The notes beneath the pieces are model-generated. The model was given only the letters and a program-made list of their open reading frames with translations. It was not told where the DNA came from and searched no databases. Position numbers and translations under genes: made by a program. Positions 9,806 through 18,814 of a stretch of 64,000 bases of DNA are shown piece by piece; positions within the stretch are counted from its first letter, which is position 1, and the number at the start of each line of letters is the position of its first letter. The DNA comes from a virus (taxonomy: Duplodnaviria > Caudoviricetes), in the IMG/VR virus record IMGVR_UViG_3300028591_000081, positions 32,001-96,000 of that record; one strand, 5' to 3'.

Positions 9806-10168
9806 ATGAAACCTTCCGAAAGTCCGCTAGACTGCAAAGAGACACAGGCAGTGGCCTGTGACATAATCCGGTACATGTTTGCCTATGCATCACTACACAA
9901 AGGACTTTCTGGAGATGACCTTGAAGGATTCTCCGAGAACATAAAGTCTTGGTACACCGCACCAAGACTTTACAAGACACCATCCATCGTTACCGTTCAT
10001 GCAAAGTACCTAGGGTGGTTTTCCTTCAAAGACGAGAAGGAAAAACAAGAGCTGGTTCAATGGGCAAGAGAACGCGCCACACAATATCACAATATAGCAA
10101 AGACGTATGGCATCGACCCCATGTCTTACACAGTAATAAAGATTTGGAAAGATACCCGGAAATGGTAA
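9806..10168 (+). CDS. hypothetical protein
   Basis: 120 aa ORF in operon with SLT. Confidence 0.55.
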   Translation: MKPSESPLDCKETQAVACDIIRYMFAYASLHKGLSGDDLEGFSENIKSWYTAPRLYKTPSIVTVHAKYLGWFSFKDEKEKQELVQWARERATQYHNIAKTYGIDPMSYTVIKIWKDTRKW

Positions 10169-10185
10169 CAGAGAGGTAATTGGTT

Positions 10186-10443
10186 ATGAGAGAACGAAAC
10201 ATCAAAAAGTGGACTGCGGAAGACCTCAACAAGGAACTTCATGTACAAACCCTCGGCCCGGTCGAGAACTTTCTCGCCAAGGAAGGATATTCCGCTGAAG
10301 ACCTGATGCGTCCCATCGGCGACGAACAATCTGGTCAGGTGATTACCGAATCCGTGAAACATGCTGAAATCCGCATGAAGCATGTTATCAAACAGAGTGT
10401 GATGGAAAAGAAACCCCCGAGAAGAAGATCGCGATCCAAGTAA
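10186..10443 (+). CDS. hypothetical protein with basic C-terminus
   Basis: GAGG RBS; ends at a terminator. Confidence 0.55.
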   Translation: MRERNIKKWTAEDLNKELHVQTLGPVENFLAKEGYSAEDLMRPIGDEQSGQVITESVKHAEIRMKHVIKQSVMEKKPPRRRSRSK

Positions 10444-10478
10444 GAAAAAGGCCAGTCGAAATGACTGGCCTTTTTCTT
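10442..10478. terminator. bidirectional intrinsic terminator
   Basis: AAGAAAAAGGCCAGTC-GAAAT-GACTGGCCTTTTTCTT between convergent genes. Confidence 0.9.
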
Positions 10479-11794
10479 TATGCTTCCCCGATAGAGTTGC
10501 CTTGCTTCACGAGGCGAATACCTCCGAGACGTTCCACCAAATCCGTGTAGTACACGTTGTTCTTGCTTATGTACGACTTCACAGCATCCTTCCCACGGAA
10601 CTGCACCTCCACACCATCAATACCCTCAAGCGTGTAGAAAGAACCTCTCTGCTTGATCCTGTCATTGTTCTCCAAGGCATCGTACAAAGCCGAGGCGTTG
10701 GATACACCACGTCCAAAAACAATCGTAATAACCTTCGGCACCCCGGAAGCACAGAAACGATTCTTCTTTGTCTTGATGATACACTCACTGCCATACTCGA
10801 TAGGCTCCGCGTAACCCTTGACGGTACGCTTCAGCTTTGACTTGGGCTTCATCTCGATGATGATGTCCATGTAATGCTTTTGGGCCTCACCTCCGGCGGC
10901 ACTGTCCTGCGCACCGTACTGCGTGAACTGCTTTCGGTTCTGCGCGATGAAAAAGATGGTTTTGTCCGTACCGGTAAACAGAGAGCGGAATCGTCGAAGG
11001 AAGTTCGATGTGTACCTAGCATGAATAGCCATTGTCTGGCTCTCGCTGGCAGTCTTGTCGATCATGCTCTGCGGGGACACCGCCGTCAAGGAGTCGATAA
11101 AAATGAAATTCAGAGAAGGGTCGTTCAGCGTCTCCACAAGAAAATCATCCACCTTCTCAAAGGTATCGTAGGTCGTGATCGGTAGAAACATCTTGTTTGT
11201 AACGTAACGAGTCAGACCAAAGCTGTCGATCTGTTTCTGGTTAAGGCCCCGTTCCGAGTCGATGTACGCACAACGGTATCCCTGCTTACACAGATTTTTC
11301 GCAACGAACAGAAGCATGGAGGATTTGCCGGTATAAGCTGGTGCCGTCACCTCAATAAAAGTACCCATAGGGATTCCGTCCCCATTCGACAGAACAGCAT
11401 CAAGAATAAAACTACCTGAAGAGACATACTTTTCCGGACGCAAGGCTTCCTGCATGAGCTTGTCATACAGCTTCTGATTCGCCTGAGGCAGACTCTGGAA
11501 CGCATCCAAAGCTCTTTTATCCTCGTCACTCCAAGGCTGGTTCTCTTCCACCACTACATCCGATCCCGCGTCTTCGTCAGTAGTAATTTTCACTTCAACC
11601 TGATTGTTCTCATCATCTGTCTCGGTCAATGTCTCTTCAACTACCGGCTCTCCGATATCTTCAAGACGTTGAGTATCCTCCGTTACTTTAGCTGGAGTCT
11701 CTTTTGTTTTGGTTTCAGCCGACTTCACGGTGCCACGCTTGGCCGTTGTTTTTGTGGACTTGTTCTCAGAACCTTCGACACGTTTTTTAGGCAT
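10478..11794 (-). CDS. RecA/UvsX-like recombinase with acidic N-terminal extension
   Basis: SSGSFILDAVL, Walker A-like APAYTGKS, YIDSE, IFIDSL, QNR, AGG..KH, KKNRF. Confidence 0.9.
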   Translation of the reverse strand: MPKKRVEGSENKSTKTTAKRGTVKSAETKTKETPAKVTEDTQRLEDIGEPVVEETLTETDDENNQVEVKITTDEDAGSDVVVEENQPWSDEDKRALDAFQSLPQANQKLYDKLMQEALRPEKYVSSGSFILDAVLSNGDGIPMGTFIEVTAPAYTGKSSMLLFVAKNLCKQGYRCAYIDSERGLNQKQIDSFGLTRYVTNKMFLPITTYDTFEKVDDFLVETLNDPSLNFIFIDSLTAVSPQSMIDKTASESQTMAIHARYTSNFLRRFRSLFTGTDKTIFFIAQNRKQFTQYGAQDSAAGGEAQKHYMDIIIEMKPKSKLKRTVKGYAEPIEYGSECIIKTKKNRFCASGVPKVITIVFGRGVSNASALYDALENNDRIKQRGSFYTLEGIDGVEVQFRGKDAVKSYISKNNVYYTDLVERLGGIRLVKQGNSIGEA

Positions 11795-11853
11795 AGCTCT
11801 CTCCAAAGAAATGCAGTTCCCCAACTCCATAAAACCAAGAAGTTGGACAGGAA

Positions 11854-11893
11854 ATCATAACACGAAAATACCAGAAGAAACGGATCAGCACCA
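11854..11893 (-). promoter_or_regulatory. phage TGGTGCTG-N23-TGT-TATGAT promoter
   Basis: Motif copy upstream of the recombinase, right after a terminator hairpin at ~11896-11923. Confidence 0.75.
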
Positions 11894-11925
11894 TTAAAAA
11901 ATCCCGCTACTTGGCGGGATTTTGA

Positions 11926-12666
11926 TCATAAACAAATCTGACAAGGAATGGTCATGGTCTCGCGCATGGATTTGATCTGTGCCCACAAACCACGTGCGGC
12001 ATCAAGTATCTGTTCAGGAGTTCTGTCCTCATCCCAATCCAGCGTAATAACATGACTGAATCGAGATAGGTTCGAGGTAAGTTCATGGTACTCTGCAATC
12101 AGGTCAGACATGTAGGAAACAGGAATCGAGCTTTCACATGAACGGCCAGCCTTCTCACTCATGCGTTTATTCAGTCGAATGATGGCTTTCTCAGGGGAAA
12201 CGTGAAGATACACAAACACCTGAGGATACATGATCTCTCTGGACATGTTATGGAAAAGCTCAAAGTAGCAGTCGGCCTCTGCTTTCGTCAAATCCCCAGA
12301 CTTCTCCAACTTGTTGACAAATATACTGTCCGACCAGATGGAGCTGTCGGCAACAGAGTTCTCACCGGACATTGCCAGTGACTGGGCAAGACGTGTTTGC
12401 TCCAGCCTCTTGTTCAGAAGATAAATCTGAATGGTAAAGGCCCAGCGCGGAATATCTTTGTAGTACAGAGCAAGAAAGGGGTTGCGATCCCCTTCGTCAT
12501 CCTCAGTGGCCGGTTCGAACATCGTTCTGCACGCCTTATGCGTGTCTTCCTCAATGACTCTGGCAAGGGCCTTACAAAACGAAGTCTTGCCAGCCGAGAT
12601 ACATCCAATAACGGGAATGTGGATGCCGGAAGGATAAGCCACAGAACGAAAATTGGAAATGGTCAT
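11926..12666 (-). CDS. deoxynucleoside kinase (dNK family)
   Basis: P-loop GCISAGKT, EP, PFL..YY.D..RWAF..Q, DSSIWSD..F, VYL..SPE. Confidence 0.85.
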   Translation of the reverse strand: MTISNFRSVAYPSGIHIPVIGCISAGKTSFCKALARVIEEDTHKACRTMFEPATEDDEGDRNPFLALYYKDIPRWAFTIQIYLLNKRLEQTRLAQSLAMSGENSVADSSIWSDSIFVNKLEKSGDLTKAEADCYFELFHNMSREIMYPQVFVYLHVSPEKAIIRLNKRMSEKAGRSCESSIPVSYMSDLIAEYHELTSNLSRFSHVITLDWDEDRTPEQILDAARGLWAQIKSMRETMTIPCQICL

Positions 12667-12774
12667 AAACAACTCCTGTATGATGGTGTAGACAGACTTG
12701 TACCCGAAACCAATATCCCAAAACGCGAGTACAAATCCATTGACAAGAAGCCTAGCCAAAAAGTTTGATTCACA

Positions 12775-13881
12775 TTACACGGGAAGACCGTAGTTCTCTC
12801 CAGACTTCTGAGCCACCCACCAAGCAAATTCTTCAACAGTTGTGTCATCACGCAACCACTTGTCCAGCTTTGAAGATTCAATCATAGCGCACAATACTTC
12901 TCCCCAAAGTTCAGGAGTGTATCCACACACAGGACAAATTTTTGACTCCCCGTTACTCTTTTCACACTCGTACCTGTCCACTACGGATACACATGAGGAC
13001 AGAACACGATAAGCCATGCGCACATCACGGAACCCACATTCTTCACAAAGATCGTCGAAGTCCATACCGTACATCTTTGCCCTCATATAGCATTCCCGTA
13101 GTGTGCTTGCATTTTCTGACGACACGTTCAGTTCAGAAGTGAGACGCGCCGTAACACGTCTGGATGCCATGTTCGTAAGCCACCGTTTGAGATCTTTGTA
13201 AGCATCACTTCGGAAACAGTTACGCATCCATTTCGTGTTCAGAAGTTGTTCAGCACGGTATCGCCCATCTCTCAGGATACCGAGCTGTTTCTTACATGTG
13301 GTCTCCGTATAGGCTACGATCTTCTCTCGCATTGCGATATTTGAAAGACGGCCAAGGGCTTCAGCCTCTCTCCGGGAAGAAATCTCTGCCTTCTTGCGAT
13401 TGAGGATTTCAAGACCGGCCTGAAAGTCAGCATTGTCTTTCTCGTGTGCTTCCTTCTCTGCGACGAGAGCCTTTTGTGCGGCCTCTCGCGCTTCTTCCGA
13501 GGCTACCAAAGCCTTCAAGGCTTCAAGGTATGTTTTTGGTAGTGCCGTATAACCCCCAGTCTTTCGGATAGAAGGGATGATCTCGTCAGCAACTTTTGCC
13601 TGAAAAGCCTCAGCAACGGAGTTCTTCGCTTTCATGCAGAGACGGTAAAAAATGTTCTCGGGAATATAGTAATCATGCGGGTTTCCGTTTTCCACACTAA
13701 TGTGGAAAGACAAATCAGCAAGGTATTGCTCGACTCTATCCCACATAACGTACATTGCGCCGTTCTTTTCTCGTTCAAAACCAAGCCCCCGGGCCACGTC
13801 TTCGATGTGCAGGAACGCAACACCGCCCTGCTCATAGCCACGGACACCACAAATCGTAAGAACTGCCAAATTTGCACTCAC
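12775..13881 (-). CDS. BRO-N/antirepressor-like DNA-binding protein
   Basis: EDVARGLGF, IPENIFYRL, FQ.KVADEIIPSIRKTGGY, LPKTYLEALKAL. Confidence 0.8.
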   Translation of the reverse strand: MSANLAVLTICGVRGYEQGGVAFLHIEDVARGLGFEREKNGAMYVMWDRVEQYLADLSFHISVENGNPHDYYIPENIFYRLCMKAKNSVAEAFQAKVADEIIPSIRKTGGYTALPKTYLEALKALVASEEAREAAQKALVAEKEAHEKDNADFQAGLEILNRKKAEISSRREAEALGRLSNIAMREKIVAYTETTCKKQLGILRDGRYRAEQLLNTKWMRNCFRSDAYKDLKRWLTNMASRRVTARLTSELNVSSENASTLRECYMRAKMYGMDFDDLCEECGFRDVRMAYRVLSSCVSVVDRYECEKSNGESKICPVCGYTPELWGEVLCAMIESSKLDKWLRDDTTVEEFAWWVAQKSGENYGLPV

Positions 13882-13894
13882 TTTACTCTCCTTT

Positions 13895-14485
13895 TCAATC
13901 CCACAAATCTAGGTAATGTTTGGACATCAGAGAGAATCCCTCATCACGAATCTTCTGATTCTGCTCACGTTCCTCAGGCGATGAATCGTAACTGGACATC
14001 TCTACCAAAGAAATATAAAACGCTTCTCGAATCTTCACAAGCGTTTCCTTCCACTCATCCTCAGTCATACTTGGAGCAAAGGAAACCCCTTTCTCTATCC
14101 ATTCCGTCAGAGCCGGTATTGCAAATTGGGCCAGCGTTACACCAAACTCCCAACACGCCGACGGAGTGGGCTTCCCAGACAACATGTCGAACACATAGTC
14201 CATAGGGTACCACAAATCCAGTTTACGGGCCGGGACAGGGTTACTATATCCAAACGGAACCCACAAACCGAAGGTGCATTCCAAATCATGGGTACGAACA
14301 TACTCAGACAGATCTGGGTCTTCCTCCGGATTACGGCAATAGGAACAAATGCAGGTAAGACCGTCTTCCATGCGAACCATGAACTTACCTGCGTATGGAT
14401 TCTTTTCAGAGGAGTCCACAGTACTCGACCGGACTGAAGGGTAGATGCGGGAGATCTCGTTCCAACGAAAAGATTCAAACGACAT
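13895..14485 (-). CDS. phage hypothetical protein
   Basis: 196 aa ORF in operon; C-terminal W..TL.KIREAF...GF.L..KHY.DLW pattern typical of phage hypotheticals. Confidence 0.6.
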   Translation of the reverse strand: MSFESFRWNEISRIYPSVRSSTVDSSEKNPYAGKFMVRMEDGLTCICSYCRNPEEDPDLSEYVRTHDLECTFGLWVPFGYSNPVPARKLDLWYPMDYVFDMLSGKPTPSACWEFGVTLAQFAIPALTEWIEKGVSFAPSMTEDEWKETLVKIREAFYISLVEMSSYDSSPEEREQNQKIRDEGFSLMSKHYLDLWD

Positions 14486-14499
14486 AACAGACCCCAGAC

Positions 14500-15987
14500 T
14501 TACAGAGCGCGGAAATATGCCGTGAGGAAACTCAGGTCAGACGATTCGAAATCCCGAGCATTCAACAGACTCACGATCACCGTGACGAATACGTTGAATC
14601 GTATAGGCATCGACATGTCCTGCCCGTACAGAAGGTCGCCCAACTGAAGAACCCCAACGCAGGGCACATCCACACCCTCAATGTCATCCTCAATATCGTG
14701 ATACCCATCCATGTCTTCAACAGGGAAGAACTCCAAGCCACAAACAGGAAGTGTATTGAGAACAAGCTCAAAACCTTCCTGCAACTGCTCCTGTGTGGCA
14801 ATGTCGGACAGAAACTCCCGTACTCCGTGGCTGGCATAGAACGAGTACACGCCGCGATTCGTAAATACCGTATAATCAAAGATGCCAGAATCCTCCTTCT
14901 CATCACATTCCAGAGGGCGATAAGAACAACCCAACACTATGCCGTCAAAGGTGTAATGAGGCATCTCTGTGATCACATGTTTTTGTTCACGTACAGTGAA
15001 CGTTACATCATGTTTATCTGGGTCTAAGTTCACGTACTGAGGCTTGCTAGATTCTTCGATGAACGGAATGTCTTTCATACCCATGCAGATCAGGTTCGGA
15101 GTCCTGCTTCTGTCGGGCTGGTCTGATCTGTCCGAAAGTAAGTCGCTGACGGTAGGACAGGTACAGTGCATAAACAGCCCAGCAGGGTCCTCGTCAGAAT
15201 CCGGAGAAGGTCGTGAAGCATCATCGTCTGGGGATTCGTCAGGATACTCCTGTACGGGATCTTCGTCATCAAAGGCATTTTCATCGGGATCGTCTTCAAC
15301 ACCGTGTCTATGAAGCATGAGGTAATCTGCATCAGAGTCTCCGGAGCTGTCCGGATCATTCGAGGCGTCCTCACACTTGGACACAACGTCAAATGCTTTC
15401 ATGGAATCCTTGAGAACCGCCTTCGAGAACCCAGCACCTGCACCCCTTGATTCATTCGCTTTGCGAGCATTCTTCCTGAACCACTCATCGGACTCCAAAG
15501 CCTGTCTCTGTTCTTCGGTCATCGAAGCGATCCTAAGAGGCTTGTTGTCAGGTTCAGTCATCTCGGACACACCAGAAGGAACACACACTTCTTCAGGCTC
15601 TGAGGACATGTCTACAACTGGGTCTTCCGACGTATCCGATACCCTTTCCTTACGAGACTTCATAGAGTTCATCCTCGGTTTCTTGCGAGGAGGTTCCACG
15701 TCTTCGACAGTAAGGTACTCTGAAGGGAGCTTTGCCAGCCGAAAAGGTTTTTCCTCAGGAACCTCAGGATGTACTGCTTCGGTACTCGACGGAACCTCAC
15801 ATACGGTGTCGCTTTCCATCACCGCCGTTTCCGTAGACTCGCTTAACTGAATCGGAACATCAGACACAGGGGCATCAGGTGCATCCGAAGATTCAACCAC
15901 CTCCGACACGACCTCTGAAGCTACACTATCCACGACCTCTGATTCAGGAATGACTTCAACTTTTTCCACGCGCTTTTTTCTCGCCAT
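14500..15987 (-). CDS. large acidic, largely disordered hypothetical protein
   Basis: Start at MARKK with GGAGAGGTG RBS, downstream of promoter 16044-16084. Confidence 0.65.
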   Translation of the reverse strand: MARKKRVEKVEVIPESEVVDSVASEVVSEVVESSDAPDAPVSDVPIQLSESTETAVMESDTVCEVPSSTEAVHPEVPEEKPFRLAKLPSEYLTVEDVEPPRKKPRMNSMKSRKERVSDTSEDPVVDMSSEPEEVCVPSGVSEMTEPDNKPLRIASMTEEQRQALESDEWFRKNARKANESRGAGAGFSKAVLKDSMKAFDVVSKCEDASNDPDSSGDSDADYLMLHRHGVEDDPDENAFDDEDPVQEYPDESPDDDASRPSPDSDEDPAGLFMHCTCPTVSDLLSDRSDQPDRSRTPNLICMGMKDIPFIEESSKPQYVNLDPDKHDVTFTVREQKHVITEMPHYTFDGIVLGCSYRPLECDEKEDSGIFDYTVFTNRGVYSFYASHGVREFLSDIATQEQLQEGFELVLNTLPVCGLEFFPVEDMDGYHDIEDDIEGVDVPCVGVLQLGDLLYGQDMSMPIRFNVFVTVIVSLLNARDFESSDLSFLTAYFRAL

Positions 15988-16043
15988 AACACCTCTCCAA
16001 AAATCACAGAATAAGTCCGACAGGACAAGACCACACGTACACC

Positions 16044-16084
16044 ATGATAGCACGCCAAAGGACACACCAAGTCTTTCAGCACCA
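16044..16084 (-). promoter_or_regulatory. phage TGGTGCTG-N24-TGC-TATCAT promoter
   Basis: Motif copy at the start of the leftward gene block. Confidence 0.7.
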
Positions 16085-16162
16085 CAGAAAAATCCTTTGC
16101 AAAGAGTTTGAATTGGCATTACAAGGCAACTCGGTCATGGCACAACTCCTAAAAGGCATGTC

Positions 16163-16200
16163 AAGAAAAGCCCCGTGAGAAATCATGGGGCTTTTCTTTT
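16163..16200. terminator. bidirectional terminator, left border of the non-coding hub
   Basis: AAGAAAAGCCCCGTGA-GAAA-TCATGGGGCTTTTCTT. Confidence 0.8.
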
Positions 16201-16278
16201 ACCCCAGCCCGCCGAAAGAACACAACCAAAAGTTGCACCATTCTCGAACCTTAGGCAAATAGTGGAGAAAACAGAACA

Positions 16279-16670
16279 CGTCCATAAAGGCACCTAGAAG
16301 GCTCTCTGACGCATTCCTTGAACTCCATGTGGGGTAACTAGGGGTACCCCTAAAATCGCTATCAGAGGGCCTGTTTTGACCACTCTACGGACACGTTTGA
16401 ATTAGGAGTCCCATGCAACATACCCCACCAGAAGGGGAACAATTAGTCAAACCATGAAATTATTGGGAAATGCGCACAAAACCTAGCCAACACGCAACGT
16501 CAAAACGAAAGTCCGCATAAAACCTAGTTAAAACAAACTTCGTCCGTAGAAGCACCTAGAAGGCTCTCTACGCGATTTTAGGGGTACCCATGTGTACTGG
16601 GAAGGGGTACCCCTAAAATCGCTCTCAGAACGCAAATTTTTGGGCCTCTATGGACACGTTTGAATCAGGA
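16279..16670. repeat. two ~130 bp imperfect direct repeats, each internally palindromic
   Basis: Copies 16279-16407 and 16541-16670 share GCACCTAGAAGGCTCTCT, GGGGTACCCCTAAAATCGCT and GGACACGTTTGAAT; copy 2 has a perfect 18-bp IR at 16572-16589/16605-16622. Confidence 0.85.
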
Positions 16671-16748
16671 TGGGAGGAGACGTGGATGGTACCCAACCAA
16701 AAGACTCCAAAAATTGGGTAGGTGAATTTCCGTGGGACAGCGTATGAG

Positions 16749-17091
16749 AACTAAAGCATCAGGAATTGGCCGGGAACGGAACTCAAGGTTGCATTCTGGT
16801 AGGGGAATGAACAGGAAATTGAGCTAAAGCATCAGGAATTGGCTGGAAACAGAACTCAAGGTTGCATTCGAGTATGTCAAAATCCGCAGAAAATGAAACT
16901 AAAGCAGGAAATAGGGTCTCATGGAATGCAGTCTGAGTTTTGAATCCATTGGCAGGGAAATAGAGTCTCATGGAATGCAGTCTGAGATTCACAGGCATAG
17001 AACAGGAACTCAAGGTTGCATTCTGGTAGGGAGAGGTATGAGAACCAAAACTAAAGCATCCAGAGTAGGCATGGAACTCAAGGTTGCATTC
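16749..17091. repeat. iteron-like repeat cluster
   Basis: GAACTCAAGGTTGCATTC x4 (16779, 16852, 17006, 17074); CTAAAGCA x4; GGAAATAGRGTCTCATGGAATGCAGTCTGAG x2 (16907, 16956) carrying an inverted variant of the 18-mer. Confidence 0.85.
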
Positions 17092-17239
17092 CATTACAGG
17101 ACTTTCAGAATGATGGAATGTCAACAAACTCTAGCAATGATGAAGAAATTCTCAATTCAGGAACTCTCCAAAAATCACCCATATAATTATATCAACCCAC
17201 AAAAATTCAGATCCACCGCATAAATCCTAGAGATTTGAT

Positions 17240-17256
17240 TTGGCACGGTTCTTGCA
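17240..17256 (+). promoter_or_regulatory. sigma54 (RpoN) -24/-12 consensus site
   Basis: TTGGCACGGTTCTTGCA matches YTGGCACG-N4-TTGCW. Confidence 0.65.
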
Positions 17257-17331
17257 AAAATTACAATTAAGAAATGTGCTATTCACATTTCTAGGATGTA
17301 TATATACATCCTATACTGTAATAAATAATAA

Positions 17332-17348
17332 AGCAAGAACCGTGCCAA
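17332..17348 (-). promoter_or_regulatory. sigma54 (RpoN) -24/-12 consensus site
   Basis: Reverse complement TTGGCACGGTTCTTGCT, facing the + strand copy. Confidence 0.65.
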
Positions 17349-17462
17349 AATTATTTTGTAGAATTGGTGCGGGTTTAAGTCTATTTTTGTGATTGCTCAT
17401 TATTATTGATCACTTGGAGGTCTTTGAGGTTTTGTGTTGACTTCAGAAAGTTGCCTTGGTAC

Positions 17463-17496
17463 AAAAAAAGCCGGAAGAGTTCTTCCGGCTTTTTTT
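17463..17496. terminator. bidirectional terminator, right border of the non-coding hub
   Basis: A7-GCCGGAAG-AGTT-CTTCCGGC-T7. Confidence 0.8.
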
Positions 17497-17550
17497 GAGG
17501 CATTTGGGAGATGCCTCTGATAACACAGCTTTTGTAAAGGAGATCAAGCT

Positions 17551-18351
17551 ATGTTCGAGAGTTTAGATAACACACCTGCTTTGAAAGCACAACCTACTTC
17601 ACTAAATTTTTCCTTGGATGCTGATGGAAAGATCATCCGAGCTTTGATTGGAGATGGGTTTATTTTCCTGTGTTGTGAGGATTTGAACGAGGATTTTCGC
17701 AAATTTTCTCAGTATTTTACGGGTAGGAAGCTCAAGAAGTATGTGGAATCCACAATTAGCAGAGATGGGGAGTTTCTTGATACGCATGAAATTTCCCTAT
17801 TGTTGAAGCAACACTGGGTCTCCTGCTGGGAAAATTTTGAAGTTCCTCTGACCCCTGCCCAAAGAACCTGTCTGCTTCGAGAGAACCTCCGATTTGGATA
17901 CATGCTTTGTAAGGTGCATCAAGACCCAGAGAACGCTCCTGTGTGTACAGTCACTGACATCAAGTGTGGAAAGTCTTTTCATGTCTATGACTGGTTTGTC
18001 AAATCTGTGGAAAGCAACCGAATCTATGTCACAACACTTCAAATTCGGAAGTTCTGGCCTGTTGAAGTTGCAGAGCAGGTTTTGGCGTACAAGTCCACTT
18101 CCCTCAGTTCTTTGTCCTTTGCGCTTTCTTCCAAAGTGGCTGAGTATTACAAGAGTGTATCCTCGTTTTCCGACAAAGTGATGGCCAGATACTACTTGTT
18201 GCCATGCTCTAATCTTCCGGAATCTTACCGGAAGGAGTTCATGTCCAGCCCCTATTGTGGGGTCTACCCTTACTTCGTACTGCGTAAGATAGGTTTCCCG
18301 AAGAGTGCTTACCTTGAGCAAGTAATTGCAGACAACCACCTGAAGATCTGA
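17551..18351 (+). CDS. hypothetical protein
   Basis: 266 aa ORF with AAGGAG RBS; first gene right of the hub. Confidence 0.7.
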   Translation: MFESLDNTPALKAQPTSLNFSLDADGKIIRALIGDGFIFLCCEDLNEDFRKFSQYFTGRKLKKYVESTISRDGEFLDTHEISLLLKQHWVSCWENFEVPLTPAQRTCLLRENLRFGYMLCKVHQDPENAPVCTVTDIKCGKSFHVYDWFVKSVESNRIYVTTLQIRKFWPVEVAEQVLAYKSTSLSSLSFALSSKVAEYYKSVSSFSDKVMARYYLLPCSNLPESYRKEFMSSPYCGVYPYFVLRKIGFPKSAYLEQVIADNHLKI

Positions 18352-18367
18352 TGGAGGGATAACGGTC

Positions 18368-18808
18368 ATGTTCTCGCCCTATGTTCAAATGCATCGCAGT
18401 ATCATCCGGCTGGAAGGTCTCTTGAAGGCTGTTTCGAGTTTCTCCAGTCCTTTGTGTTCTCCATGGTCTCTGGATACTCAGGCGGATTACGTTAAGCAAT
18501 TCTTCATGTATGGTTCCTTTCCGGCCCCTTTCATCCTCGGGTATCCAGAGGGTTTGTCAGGGGAAGTTCTCGACGGCCACAAACGTCTGCACGCCATTAG
18601 GAACTTTATGGACAATCAGGTATTCTTGATGTCCGTTCCATTTGCCCCTGAACTGAACTGCAAGTACTATCGTGATATGCCCGAGGTCATTCAGAGGTAC
18701 TTTACCTATGCTTTGGTGGATGTGATGGAAGTTCATACTACGCATGTTGACGACCCGACGTATCAACAGCTTCGTGAGAGTTTCCGAGACCCTATGCTTA
18801 GGTTTTAA
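18368..18808 (+). CDS. DUF262/ParB-like domain protein
   Basis: GSFPAPFIL...VLDGHKRLHAIRNF resembles the DUF262 GxPxP/DGQQR motifs. Confidence 0.6.
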   Translation: MFSPYVQMHRSIIRLEGLLKAVSSFSSPLCSPWSLDTQADYVKQFFMYGSFPAPFILGYPEGLSGEVLDGHKRLHAIRNFMDNQVFLMSVPFAPELNCKYYRDMPEVIQRYFTYALVDVMEVHTTHVDDPTYQQLRESFRDPMLRF

Positions 18809-18814
18809 TGTCCC

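Larger units (their letters stand above)
17198..17391. other. candidate replication origin core (AT-rich, nested palindromes, skew inversion)
   Basis: ~60-bp imperfect inverted arms around AGAAATGTG-N5-CACATTTCT (17270-17292) and perfect 22-bp palindrome TAGGATGTATATATACATCCTA (17292-17313); A/C-rich to G/T-rich switch; gene-orientation switch. Confidence 0.5.

Noticed and set aside
16749-17091. CRISPR mini-array
   Set aside because: Repeats are only 18 bp and irregularly spaced, the intervening sequences are themselves repetitive, and no cas genes are in the window
16783-17223. ORFs 16783..17127 (-) and 16921..17223 (+)
   Set aside because: They are translations of the repeat field with no RBS or protein-like features
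17270-17292. CRP site (AAATGTG...CACATTT)
   Set aside because: Half-site spacing is 3 bp shorter than TGTGA-N6-TCACA
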